Positions 13,065-23,776 of a stretch of DNA of 64,000 bases are shown here, piece by piece. The position numbers and the translations under genes are program-made. The notes below the pieces were generated by a model, which saw nothing but the letters and a program-made list of their open reading frames with translations, did not search any database and was not told the origin of the DNA. The stretch is taken from the NCBI RefSeq assembly GCF_011386835.1, contig NC_088811.1, forward strand, positions 14,136,001-14,200,000, in the 5' to 3' direction. Source of the stretch: Chrysemys picta bellii (Eukaryota). How positions within the stretch are numbered: position 1 is the stretch's first letter; each line of letters begins with the position of its first letter.

Positions 13065-13450
13065 ATGGAATCTTTCACTAGGTCACAGGTTCAAGCCCAG
13101 GCCAGAAGGGACTGGAAGGAACCATTGTTTGGTGGCGGTTGTGAAGTGACATTTGTTCACCATCATGCCTCACGTCCTTGTTGACAGCCCCCAAAGAGGC
13201 CACGGACTGAAGCTGAGCTCCTCTGATAGTGGTCCGTCCAGGCCAAGGTTGGAGTCAGAGATGAAAACCCAGTTGGATTGTCCTCAAGCCAACTCCAGAT
13301 TATTCCCTTCGGTGCATCTTCTAGTGCTTTCTTATCGGTCACTAGCAATGAGCCATTGTCAGGATTGTGCTGGACTGTACCTGCTCTCTGAACTCCTGGA
13401 GGACTCCCCTCTCTTCAGCTGTCAATCCAGGGCCTTTCATCAACCCCAGC
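13065..13450 (+). mobile_element. Near full-length diverged LF-SINE
   Basis: Colinear matches to the recalled consensus: ctttcactaggtcacaggttcaagccc, ccttgttgacag...gaggccacggactgaa, gtggtccgtccaggccaaggttg, gaggact...gctgtcaatccagggcctttca. Confidence 0.65.
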
Positions 13451-13647
13451 TTCACTTGAAAGATTAAATATTTATACTGGGTTGTTTGGTTTTTTTCTGG
13501 AAAGCAACGTGTGTAGCTAGCTACAGATTATATGCCCATAAGAGCTGCTTCCCCCTTCTTTTATGACGTCTCTTTGTAACTTTGCTTCCCTGAGAGGCTG
13601 AGATAAAATGAAACCGATTTGTTGTACATGTAGAGTCTGTAGCAGTC

Positions 13648-13661
13648 GTTTCCATGGCAAC
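13648..13661. promoter_or_regulatory. RFX X-box motif
   Basis: GTTTCCATGGCAAC matches the palindromic X-box consensus GTNRCC(N0-3)RGYAAC with one deviation, in non-repeat sequence. Confidence 0.45.
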
Positions 13662-14799
13662 TGTATCCAGGAGAACACTGCTCTCTTTCTTGTGGGAGGT
13701 TTTGGTGCGTCAGATAGCGCAGGTAGTTTAATTAAAAAATTTTTTAAAACACCCCAAAACCGGAGCCTTTCAGCCTTCCCCTGGGATGGATTCAAGTGGA
13801 TAGGACAGAGTAAGCGAGTAACTTACTCACTTCACCCTTAAATCAGCACTCGTTCACAAGCAATGGTCAAGACCTAAATTGTTTCTGGTTACTGGCCAAT
13901 CTCTGCACTTGCAAGATTTGTTATCCCCGTGTGATAAACTTTTCCCACTGGGGTGGTGGTGAAGAAGTCCTTTTGTCTCCAGTTAACTCTTATTCGCAAG
14001 GGGTTTCAAAGACAGACAAAGCAGGGATGGATTGTGCTGCAGGATGCGAGCATGAAGGAATGGAAGGAGTTTCTTTCGCGAGTCTAGGGTTCACAAAGGT
14101 GCTGGATTTGACAGTCCTTCAGAGCAGGATGAGTTAAAACCAGGAGGAACCTGCAAACTGAGATGATAATATGCTAGGAAATGCTGCACAGGCAACATCA
14201 GTGAAGTACTTCTCCAACAGTGTCTCTCACCCTGACAATAGACTTACCAGCTCTAGGAGGAGTTAAATCTTTGTGGTCCGTTCAACCCTTGGTGCCTCTG
14301 CTGGGATTGCCAAGAAGGAGTTCAATCAAGAGTTGTGATTTTTTTCCCTGTCTCAAAAATCCCACAAAAAAGAAACAAACACAGGACGATGTTCCATCTC
14401 ACACCACCTTCCTGTCCTGGGCTCACCGTATGACCTTGATATTTTGGACCAGTCATGGGGCTAAATAATAGAACAGTCCCACAGCTTCTCGGAGACATTT
14501 TTCACTTTTTTTCCCTTGTGTGGCTCCAGGTGCCTGTGATCAAATAGATCAAACCAGATTTCTGTGGAGACTGTGATAGGCTTAGCAGCCTGTAATCTGT
14601 CGAGTCCATCTGAAACTTTCTTCAATTAGTTTTGTAAATTCAGAGCCTCTCCATAGATTCCCTTGTGTGTAAAATATGTGCTCTGTTCTGCACATTCTCC
14701 TCCTCCCCAGTTTCAAGGGATTCATGGGAGTTGGATGCAAAGGGAATGACACCAGCTTCTTCGGAGTTCCACCAAACTTCTCAGGCTGGAAATCGGGGG

Positions 14800-15018
14800 C
14801 AGATTTTCAAGTGAGGGTAATTAGCCATTGGAAAAAATCATGAAAGGTGGTGGTGGATTCTCCATCACTGGCAATTAATAAATCAAGATGGGATGTTCTC
14901 CTAAAAGAGCTGCTCTGGTTCAAACAGGAATTACTTCAGGTAAGTTCTGTGGCCTTTGTTATGCAGGAGGTCAGATTAGATGATCACAATGGTCCCTTCT
15001 GGCCTTAGTCTATGAATT
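14800..15018 (+). mobile_element. CR1 LINE 3' fragment
   Basis: gtggtggattctccatcactgg...ggaggtcagattagatgatcacaatggtcccttctggcctt...tctatgaat. Confidence 0.85.
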
Positions 15019-15057
15019 GAAAGGGTTAAAAGTAATAGAGAGTTTGGAAAAAGAAAG

Positions 15058-15295
15058 GTTTCAGAGTAGCAGCCGTGTTAGTCTGTATCCGCAAAAAGAA
15101 GAACAGGAGGACTTGTGGCACCTTAGAGACTAACAAATTTATTAGAGCATAAGCTTTCGTGGACTATAGCCCACTTCTTCGGATGCATATCATATGCATA
15201 TGCATCCGAAGAAGTGGGCTATAGTCCACGAAAGCTTATGCTCTAATAAATTTGTTAGTCTCTAAGGTGCCACAAGTCCTCCTGTTCTTCTTTTT
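15058..15295. mobile_element. Penelope-like insertion arranged as a perfect inverted repeat
   Basis: Arms 15093-15190 and 15198-15295 are exact reverse complements (98 bp) around a 7-nt spacer. 12-bp TSD tttggaaaaaga at 15043-15054 and 15296-15307. Confidence 0.85.
15202..15241 (+). ncRNA. Minimal type I hammerhead ribozyme motif (U4C core variant); mirror copy on the minus strand at 15147-15186
   Basis: GCAU-CCGAAGA-A-GUGGGC(UAUA)GUCCAC-GAAAG-CUU-AUGC: stem I GCAU/AUGC, 6-bp stem II, loopless palindromic stem III AGCU. Confidence 0.6.
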
Positions 15296-15509
15296 TTTGG
15301 AAAAAGAGATGACCGTTCTCTAACTACTGGGGGTTGAGAAGACCCTTTTCCTGCAGGCCAATTATCCAATAACTGCCTTCTGTGGGATTTCTTTCCCCTG
15401 AAGCAGTGTATTGGCCATTGATGGAAACGGGATGAGGAACAGGATGGACCACTGCTCTGATTCAGTATGATCCTGTTTTCAGCCAGCTATTCACCTGGGT
15501 TCACCCTTC

Positions 15510-15774
15510 GGATTGGTCTACGAGATCGACGCTGCTGCAATCGATGCAGCAGGAAGACCTGCTAAATCGATGGCAGAGCGGTCTCCGGTCCACCCTGGTA
15601 CTCCATCTCTCCGAGAAGAGTAAGGGAGGTCGACTGGAGAGCATCTCCCGGCAACGCAGCACAGTGAAGACACCAAGGTAAGTCGACCTAAGCTACGTCG
15701 ACTCCAGCTACGTCATTCACGTGGCTGGAGTAGCGTAACTTAGGTCGACTTACCCCTGTAGTGAAGACAAGCCC
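15510..15774 (-). mobile_element. PIF/Harbinger-type MITE, left end decayed
   Basis: Right terminus gtagtgaagacaagccc followed by tta; same internal palindromes as the copies at 27111, 47530 and 50607. Confidence 0.75.
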
Positions 15775-16265
15775 TTAGCAATGACATTCCTGCACTCCCG
15801 ATGGCAGAGTCATGCCGTTATCCTTCTAAACGGCCCTGCAGAACAAAGCCTCAGCGCTTGCCCTCATCGAAAATTAGTACAAGTAGCATCATGGGCAAAA
15901 CAGATGCTGGGATGCGCTAATTAGCACCACCAATAATGGCTGCTCTTGGAAAACCAACTCTTTCAACCGCTCTGTTCTGCAGTCTGTGGGGCTTGGCTTT
16001 CATTGGCAAGGTGACACTAATTTTTCCTCCTGCGGCTTCCTTGGGGGAAGGCTGCAGTTCGGGGCTCCGGCGCTGCAGCCCGTGTCCATTCTCAGTTCAG
16101 TTTTGTTTTGCTTGGGGGGGGTATCATGGAAATTGACATGGGACCTAATTAAACAGCGACAAGCAGAGAGGCATTTCCATGCAGTTAATCAGAGCGACTG
16201 GCCAGAGGAGCTAACCCAACAATCACTATCCGCCAGGAAATGCCTGGCCTGGAGCTCGCTATTTG

Positions 16266-16449
16266 CTATTTATAAACCCTGGCAATGTGTTTTGTGTGTT
16301 GTTATTTTTTTAAAGAAGAAAATAAAAAATTTCTTTAAAAGTGAATTGATTATGTCTGGAAGAGTTACGAACCGAACCGCACGTTGCCATGGATACGCTG
16401 CTGTTTACCTATTGGTCTCTTCCTGTGGGCAGCTACTGCCCTTTGACAA
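16266..16449 (+). promoter_or_regulatory. Candidate alternative promoter/first exon: MEF2/TATA-like CTATTTATAAA, RFX X-box overlapping a Kozak ATG, donor at 16450
   Basis: CTATTTATAA at 16266-16275; GTTGCCATGGATAC at 16383-16396; gccATGG at 16389; CAA|GTGAGG at 16449/16450. Confidence 0.4.
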
Positions 16450-18267
16450 GTGAGGAAGGGGTAGGTCTAAGTGGGGAGCCCCAGCTGCGGCTCCCCACTC
16501 TGAGTGCTGCAGAACTGAAGCCCGCAAGGGTTTTGCAGACAGGGTTCCTCCTGCACCTTCCCACCAGTGCCAAGCCTGTGTACCTTTACCAGGACCCTGC
16601 CCCCTTTGGAATTCCCAGCCTATGGGCCAAGGGATTTAGGCACCCAGGTCCCCTTGAAATCCAGTGGCAGTTGAGTGCCTAATCCCCTTAGACGCCTTTG
16701 AAAAATCCCATCCCAAGGGCCTGATCTTGCAAACATTTGCTGCCCTGACTATTCTTGCAGTCAGTGGTAATGCCCTTGCTAGGAAGCGGTGCCCCCCATG
16801 GCATTGGCAGGATTGGGCCCTAGTGGAGAAGCCAGGAGGAGAATAAGCCACTCAAGAGGCCCCTAGGTTTCAAAGGGATAGGAGCACAATAAAAACACTT
16901 TCTAGCCCATGTTGCTAGCAGAAGCAACCCATTTGCCAGCAGGTGCTGTATCCGTCAGATCACATAGCACATCAAGGTCTGCGTATCCCTCACCTGCTCG
17001 CTCTCCCCCCCCCCCCCCCCAAGCAGCACTATATGCAGCTTACGGCACCCCGTGCCCTGCGAGCTAAAGAATTGTGGTGCAAAAGTAATCACAGATTCGT
17101 CAATTTTTAATCACTTTGGGGAATGGGTTTTAAAGCTGCACTGGAATTTACCACCGTCTTATAGCTCATAAATAATAGCATGTCAGATTTCCACGCTAGC
17201 GCCGTCTGTAGCCCTGCTATGAATTTAAAGTGGCTGCAAGTTTTATGATCGGCCTGGCGTACTTGCCAATAATCGCTATGCCTAGGAAGGGAGACTTAGC
17301 TTAAGACAAATTTTGTTTCTCTTGAGTGTGAACGGCATGCTGATGGGACACCTGGCGTTAAAGGAATCTCTTAGCGAACTGGGGCTCTTTTCAGGAACTG
17401 AGAAACGCTCTGTTCTGAATAGCGGCAAAGAGACCGAGTCTAGCAAAAATGAACTGGGGAGCCCTCTGCTGGCCATAACAATGATGATGACGGGTCCTTC
17501 TCTTCTGCATTCTGCTTATCATAGCAAGGGAGTTTTAAACTGTGGGGAACATTGTTAGTGTAGCTGCTTAATGGAGAGCCCTCCCACACTGCATGCTTTC
17601 GTGTTTAATGGAGGCTAAGGAGTTATGGGACGCTGAATTTTTATTAGCGCTGGCTGCTGGCGCTTGCTGTGTTGCTGCTCTGAAAGCTGGATCCAAGGTC
17701 ATGCCGGGGACATAGTCAGGGGAAGCTACTTCTTAATTTGTGAGGCAAGAACATGCCTGAATTTTGGCAATGGGGAGCTGCAGGAGTGGGCTGATTTGCT
17801 GATGCATTGTTCTAAAATAATTGGACCAGAATCCTAGAGACGGAGACGGATACGTTTTTGGCAGCCATTCAAGCTGGGAATCTGTATTTTGCCTTTGGCT
17901 CCTCTCTTTCTGATAGGCCAAGCCAGATGCCTCCCAAGCTGTGGGGCAAATCCAGATCTAAATTTTGCAACCTGATATCATCCATAATAAAAGCGAATGC
18001 AATGTGGGACTGAAATCCTGTTGCGTGCCGAGTCTGTGTACCCTTCCCGTCCTCGCTGCTCGTTGGGATCTTAATTTGGGTGTAACCGAAACTTGGCTCC
18101 CCCATATGTATCCCCCTCTTCTTGTTTGGATTTTCAAGTAATGCTACAGTCCTGCACTGGGAGCATCATCATGCAGCCAAGGGTTGGCCTTTCTGATGTC
18201 ACCAAGGCTGCGCTGTCTCATCTCATCCTTGAACAGAATGGGCCAGATACAGGGTAGGGGAGTCTAA

Positions 18268-18400
18268 GGCCATGTCTACACTACCTCTTATACCGACATA
18301 ACTTATGTTGCTCCGGGGTGTGAATACGTCACTGCCCTGAGCAACATAACTTACACTGACCTAAGTGCCGATGTGGACAGCACTGCGTGAGCAGGAGAGT
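18268..18400 (+). mobile_element. Truncated PIF/Harbinger-type MITE
   Basis: taa|ggccatgtctacactac terminus; the other end was not found. Confidence 0.6.
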
Positions 18401-19044
18401 TGCTTGAAGGTACTTGAGTCCTGGTACTGGAACTACTGGCATATTGAGATGAATAGCATCGTTCAGAGCAGGAGCAGAGCCCTTTTAAAAAGAGAGATGT
18501 CCGTTCTGCTTAGGACTTTGGGGGGGCTTTCCTTGGACAATGCGCACAGGAAGTGGTGTCTGAAAATCTGCAGCCAGCTCGCTCTGAGCATTACCTCATG
18601 GTTGGCATCCCAGCCTAGGAGGGAATCTCCATTCATCAGATCAGCCTTCCCCTTATATTTCTGCTGAGATGAAAACCACACACATGACAAGCTAATAATT
18701 CTGCTGTCTCCCGTAAGCCACTGGCTCTCATTGCATTGCTTACTGTCGAAAACTTGCCAGGAATATTTGTGAGGTTCTCAAGCACTCCTTAAAATTACAC
18801 CTCTACAGTATGTGTGACTTGTTTCACTCCAAAGGTGAAATTTAGCCCTGTGCAGGGGCCAGCATGATGCTTGTGAACCACTTAAGCCCTGTTTTGAGGG
18901 CTAATAATGCATAGGTTTAGTGCTGTCTCTCTGCCCAGAGGTGAATTTCTCCCTGTCTTTCCTTCAAAACTTGGCTCTGGCTTACTAACATCATCAGTGC
19001 CCTGGGAGCTTGAATAGTGGGAGCTAAAGGCAGAGAAGACCTAT

Positions 19045-19290
19045 ACGGGAGAAAGGATGGGCTTGTGGTTAAGACATCAGGTTGTCACTCAAGAAATCTG
19101 AATTCCACTCCCACCTCTGCCACAGACTCCCTGTGTGACTTCGGTCAAGTCCCCAATTCCCTATCTACAGAATGGGGACAATTATCTGTCCTCTCCTGGG
19201 TACTAGAACTGTCAGATCTTTGGGGCAGGGACTGTCTCTTTCTATGTGTACAATGGGGATTCGGTCTGGGTTGGAACCTCCAGGTGCTCC
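19045..19290 (+). mobile_element. MIR/CORE-SINE
   Basis: gtggttaagac...ctctgccacagactccctgtgtgacttcggtcaagtc core plus a turtle-type tail. Confidence 0.7.
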
Positions 19291-19327
19291 TATTATCTGA
19301 ATAAGAAAGAACAGAAGGTCGCATAGT

Positions 19328-20219
19328 TTTAAGTTCCCTCTAGCGCAGCAGACTATCAAGGGCTGCACAGGCGTGCAGTCACTGGGCCTGGACTGGAGAG
19401 GACAGACGTAGGGGGTGTGCAGGGCTGTGGCGGGGCTGCCACTGCTGGGGAGAGGCACCTCTCCCACAGCCTCGGGCTGCTGTAGTGGGAGAGGGCTGGG
19501 GGGAGTCCTCTCTCCTCACTGCAGCCCTGGAGCAGCCTGCACCCCAAACCCCTCATCCCTGGCCCCACCCCAGAGCCCACATCCCCAGCCGGAGCCCTCA
19601 TCCTCCATACCCCAACCCTCTGTCCTCGCCCTGAGTCCCCTCCCTGTACCCTGAATGCCTCATCCCCAGCCCCACCCCAGAGACCGCACCCCCAGCCAGA
19701 GCCCTCATCCCCCTGCATCCCAACCCCCTCCCCCAACCTGCACCTCATCCCCGGCCCCACCCCAGAGCCCGCACCCCCAGCCAGAGCCCGCACCCCAACC
19801 TCCTGCCCCACCCCAGAGTCCACACCCTTAGCCAGAGCCCTCATCCCCCCCATACCTCAATCCCTTGCCCCACTCCTGAGTCTCCTCCCTGTACCCCGAA
19901 CCCCTCATCCCTGGCCTCAGCTGGAGCCCTCATCCTCTACACCCCAACCCTCTGCCCTAGCCTGAGTCCCCTCCCTGCACCCCGAACCCCTCATCCCCCT
20001 GCATACCAACCCCCTGACCCAGCCCTGAGTCCCCTCCCTGCACCTCATCCGCAGCCCCACCCCAGAGCCTGCACCCCCAGCCAGAGCCCTCACCCACACC
20101 CCAACCCTCTGCCCCACTCCTGAGCCCCCTCCCACACTCCCACCATTCATCACCTCCATACTGGTGCACATAACAAAATTCATTCCACACATGGATGTAA
20201 AAAATTAGAGGGAACATTG
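19328..20219. mobile_element. hAT-type element with an internal C-rich minisatellite (~19540-20135)
   Basis: Termini aagttccctcta / tagagggaacattg; repeated units ccctcatccccagccccaccccagagcccgcacccccagccagagc. Confidence 0.7.
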
Positions 20220-23200
20220 CCTGTAGTCCTTTCCTCTCAGCCAGTAGGATTGTGACCTTTAGGATATTCTCTGCTACCGTACCCTGTCTAGTTTTCAGTG
20301 ACTCAAGTAATGGGACTTCCTCCACTTGGGAGACAACTCTTGTGTTGTGGAGTTGTAGACACAAGACCACCCTGTCTAGCACCATCCTGTAGGGGATTTT
20401 CCATCACGCCGAGGTACATTGAAGTCCTGAAGCTTGGCACGGCATCACTTTAACAAACTCAAACTGGCCTGTTGCACTGTGAAAGTCCTTCTGGCTCCCT
20501 TTTATTAGATAAATATGGCATTAGATGCTTTCTGCACTGAGTATTTGCCTAAGGTGTTCTGTCTCATAGACGGTTTGGTGAGATTTCTCTGCAATGATGG
20601 TTCTGTTCCCAGATCTGTACTACCCTCAGGTCTTTGTGACTTTAAACAGAGCTTTGCAGTAGTAGGTAATTACAGCAAACGTCTTCCCCCCCACCCCACC
20701 CCCCGGCATTGCTGCCCTGTCTGCTGCCTTGTCAAGTTGTCGATCTATTTCAATAAATTTGGTAATTAAAGCTGCTTCTAATCTGCCACGTGCGTGAGCC
20801 GGAATAATGCACCATGGAAATCTTCTCCAAGAGAGAAGACGGCACACATCAGAGCGGCTGCTGGGCTGGTCATCGGCTCTGAGGCATTTTCTCAGCTTAG
20901 TGTGTGAGCAAGGGAGAGAGTTGAAAATGTTTCTTCCCCAAGCGCTGCCTCTGATACTGCTGCTGCTCCCCCATAGTTGTTGTGGATCGTATACCAGCCT
21001 GTGAGAACTGGGTTCTAATCCCACGTCTGCTGGATGCTTCCCCCAGGCAATTCCCGTATCTCCTCAGTGCTTCTGTAAGGTTTTGATGATCCTGGCCCTA
21101 CCTCAGAGGTTTGTTACAAAGCTCAACTGGCTGTTTCTAAAGGGCTGTGAGATCCCAGGAGGCAAGGGGGAGCTAGAAGTGCTCGCTGATTGTTTCAGCT
21201 TGGCTGGGTCTCCTACTGCCTTGGGATTTTGCCACCAAAAACCCTGTCTGCCATTACACCAGCCTCATTACCCTAGGTATGCGATGCACAACAGGATTTC
21301 TGGCAGGCCAAACGGGCCCAATAGTGATGGGGACTGAAGCAAAATCCCCCTGATCTTTGTGGGGTGGTGACGTGAGCAGCCCCAAGTTTAGACAAGACAA
21401 GCCTGAACATGTAACTGCTGAGCAAGCCCAAACAAGTAAATGCTGGAACAACTAACCATTGCGAATATGTTTATAGTAAATAAGGGAGGCAGAAACCAAC
21501 CAAACTAATGATTGTGAATATGTTGATCCGTGAACAAAGTATGCACAAACACCCTGAATTGATAAGCCTGCCTTAATGCAGTCTGCACAGCGATTGGTCT
21601 TTTCATGCAAGTATAGATGTTGGTAGCTAGGAAAGATGATCTATGCTGTGTGGTGTGGGACATGAGTTGGAATTGTGGGATCATCCCTTACATCCCCTGC
21701 GTCCAGGCCTTGCCAGCATGGGCAAAGAGCTGTTACTCCCTAATAATGTAACCTGAGTGCCAAGCTGGAGTCAAACCAAACTTTTTGGATCCCAGAGAAC
21801 TGGTTGAGGTGTTCTAGATAAGCCGAGTGGAAAGGTCTCGGGGGACTCCAATTAGGGGTGTTAAAAATATGAGCAGAGATCTGAAGTTTGCACATGGCCT
21901 CTCTGTTTATAATGAACTGATCCAAATGCCCCTAGACTTTGGACTTTTTGAGATCTGGATCTGGAGTTTTGTGTCTTCAGCCCATCGTTGATGTAGTTTT
22001 TTTTTAATTTTATATATAATCTAAAAACCTATTTGTGGTCCAGACTCCACCCGATCAATTATAGATGTTTTTAAAACCCTACTTCATTTATGCTCATGGT
22101 GGAGACCTAGGGCTGATGCAGCTCCCATCCAAGTCCATAATGCACCTGATTCTGACCTCTGTGGCATTATCCCATTGTAACTCCATTGAGCTCAACATAA
22201 GTGAGACCCAGAGCTAAACCCACTGATTTGCTTTTAAGTGTCCAAAAAAGCCCAGGCTGAAAAGATTACAGTTCCCATGTATTTCCCTGCAAATATTTGA
22301 TATAGTAAACAGCTAAGCATATACTGTATTTCACAGATAATTAAGTGCTCGTGGAGGTACATAGTACTGTGCCCATCAATCAGTTCAGGACAGAGCATTT
22401 CTGGATGCATATGATACTGTATGTAGCTTTCCTTTAAGGGATATAAGAGTATTACCACACTATTCGCAACCTAGGCTCAACATAATGTTTGATACAACGA
22501 TACTATTTCACTTAGCTCACACTGGACCATATTTGCATCTTCCAATGCACATTCCATAGAGACCCTTGTCTTTTCTCCATTGGAACCTGTAGGTGATGTC
22601 TAAAGGGTTAAGCTGTTCCCATGAAAAAACCAGCAATACAGCAAGAGTGGGTTTTCTAAAACGAAGTTGGCCCTGCCTGGGTTACCCATTCATGGCAAAC
22701 CTCTCTGCTTTCCCATTACATTCTCCAGCCAGTTTGAGTGTACCAGCCTTGGATATCAATCCCCCTTGGTTACCCCAGCATGGGTCCCTATCGTACAGCA
22801 GTAACACGAAGAGAAAATACCGATGGTTGATGGAGGTCTTATGAGAGAGTTTCTGTTCGACCTGATGCTGTTCATTAATCTCTGCAGGCTGGAGGATGCC
22901 TGGCAAGGGGGCAGTCTCTCCAGCACACCAAGCCATAGAATTGGAATCTTCTTCCTGGCAACAAAATTAGCTCTCCTGTTTTCTCGTTCTCTCCCCCTGT
23001 GCGCAGGGTGCACCCTGTCGCTAAGGTTGCCCGGTGCGTCCTTAGTTCTGGCACTTCCTAACTTTCGAGTCCTTGACTTTGCAACCTTCATAATGTTTTT
23101 GTGTATGTGATAAATATATATATTGCCTGCAGCTTGTTCAGTGGCACCTCAGCGAGATATTTGTCCTCTGATGTATGCCCTTGGCACTTTTGTGTGTGTG

Positions 23201-23776
23201 TTTTTATTTTATTTTTTTTAAGGAGTTTGCTGATCATATCACAGAATCGCTTGGAAAGGGAAAAAAAGTTTATTTGCCAAATGGTTAGCAGAGCTTCTAC
23301 AGTGAGCTCTGCTTGGAACATGATAAATACATTTGTGCATACCGGTCTTCTCTGCAAGCTCAGACGGTCGAGAGATCTATTAAATGATAAGCAGAGATTC
23401 TGCTCTCTGTGTGTGGGGTGGGCACACTGGAAGACGATAGATCAGTGTACGTACGAGCTCCATCTGTAGCGAGAGGTATTCAGCGGTCTCATTCGCCGGA
23501 CTTGTAACACATACATTCTGTTTTTAGCACCGTTCTGATGTACTGCCTCCTATGTGCAGAATCAGAGTCCTAGAGTGATTTGGGTTGGGAAAATACCTTC
23601 TCATGGCTTACGTGGGACCCTCCTCCTGCACTGTGGCAGGATGGACTCAACTATTTCCGACTCATCCCTGATGGTATCCGGGCTAATCATTGGATGTTCC
23701 CGTGATAGAACAACCACCATTTGCATCTCATTCCATCTCTTGAACCAATACCATTATCCACATTTTCCCTTATATT

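Noticed and set aside
15986-16453. 155-aa ORF across the candidate promoter block
   Set aside because: GTG-started, no recognisable homology, runs through TATA-like and A-rich tracts, and its phase at the 16450 donor is incompatible with KAZN.
19356-20385. Gly/Val-rich minus-strand ORFs (165 and 142 aa)
   Set aside because: Products of a stop-poor minisatellite inside a hAT element.
21290-21720. Possible LTR fragment
   Set aside because: Composition is suggestive, but no TG...CA termini or TSD could be defined.
23007-23102. Possible 96-nt in-frame phase-1 pseudoexon after a good pyrimidine tract
   Set aside because: The donor (TGT|GTATGT) is weak and the peptide is unrecognisable; such chance matches are common in long introns.
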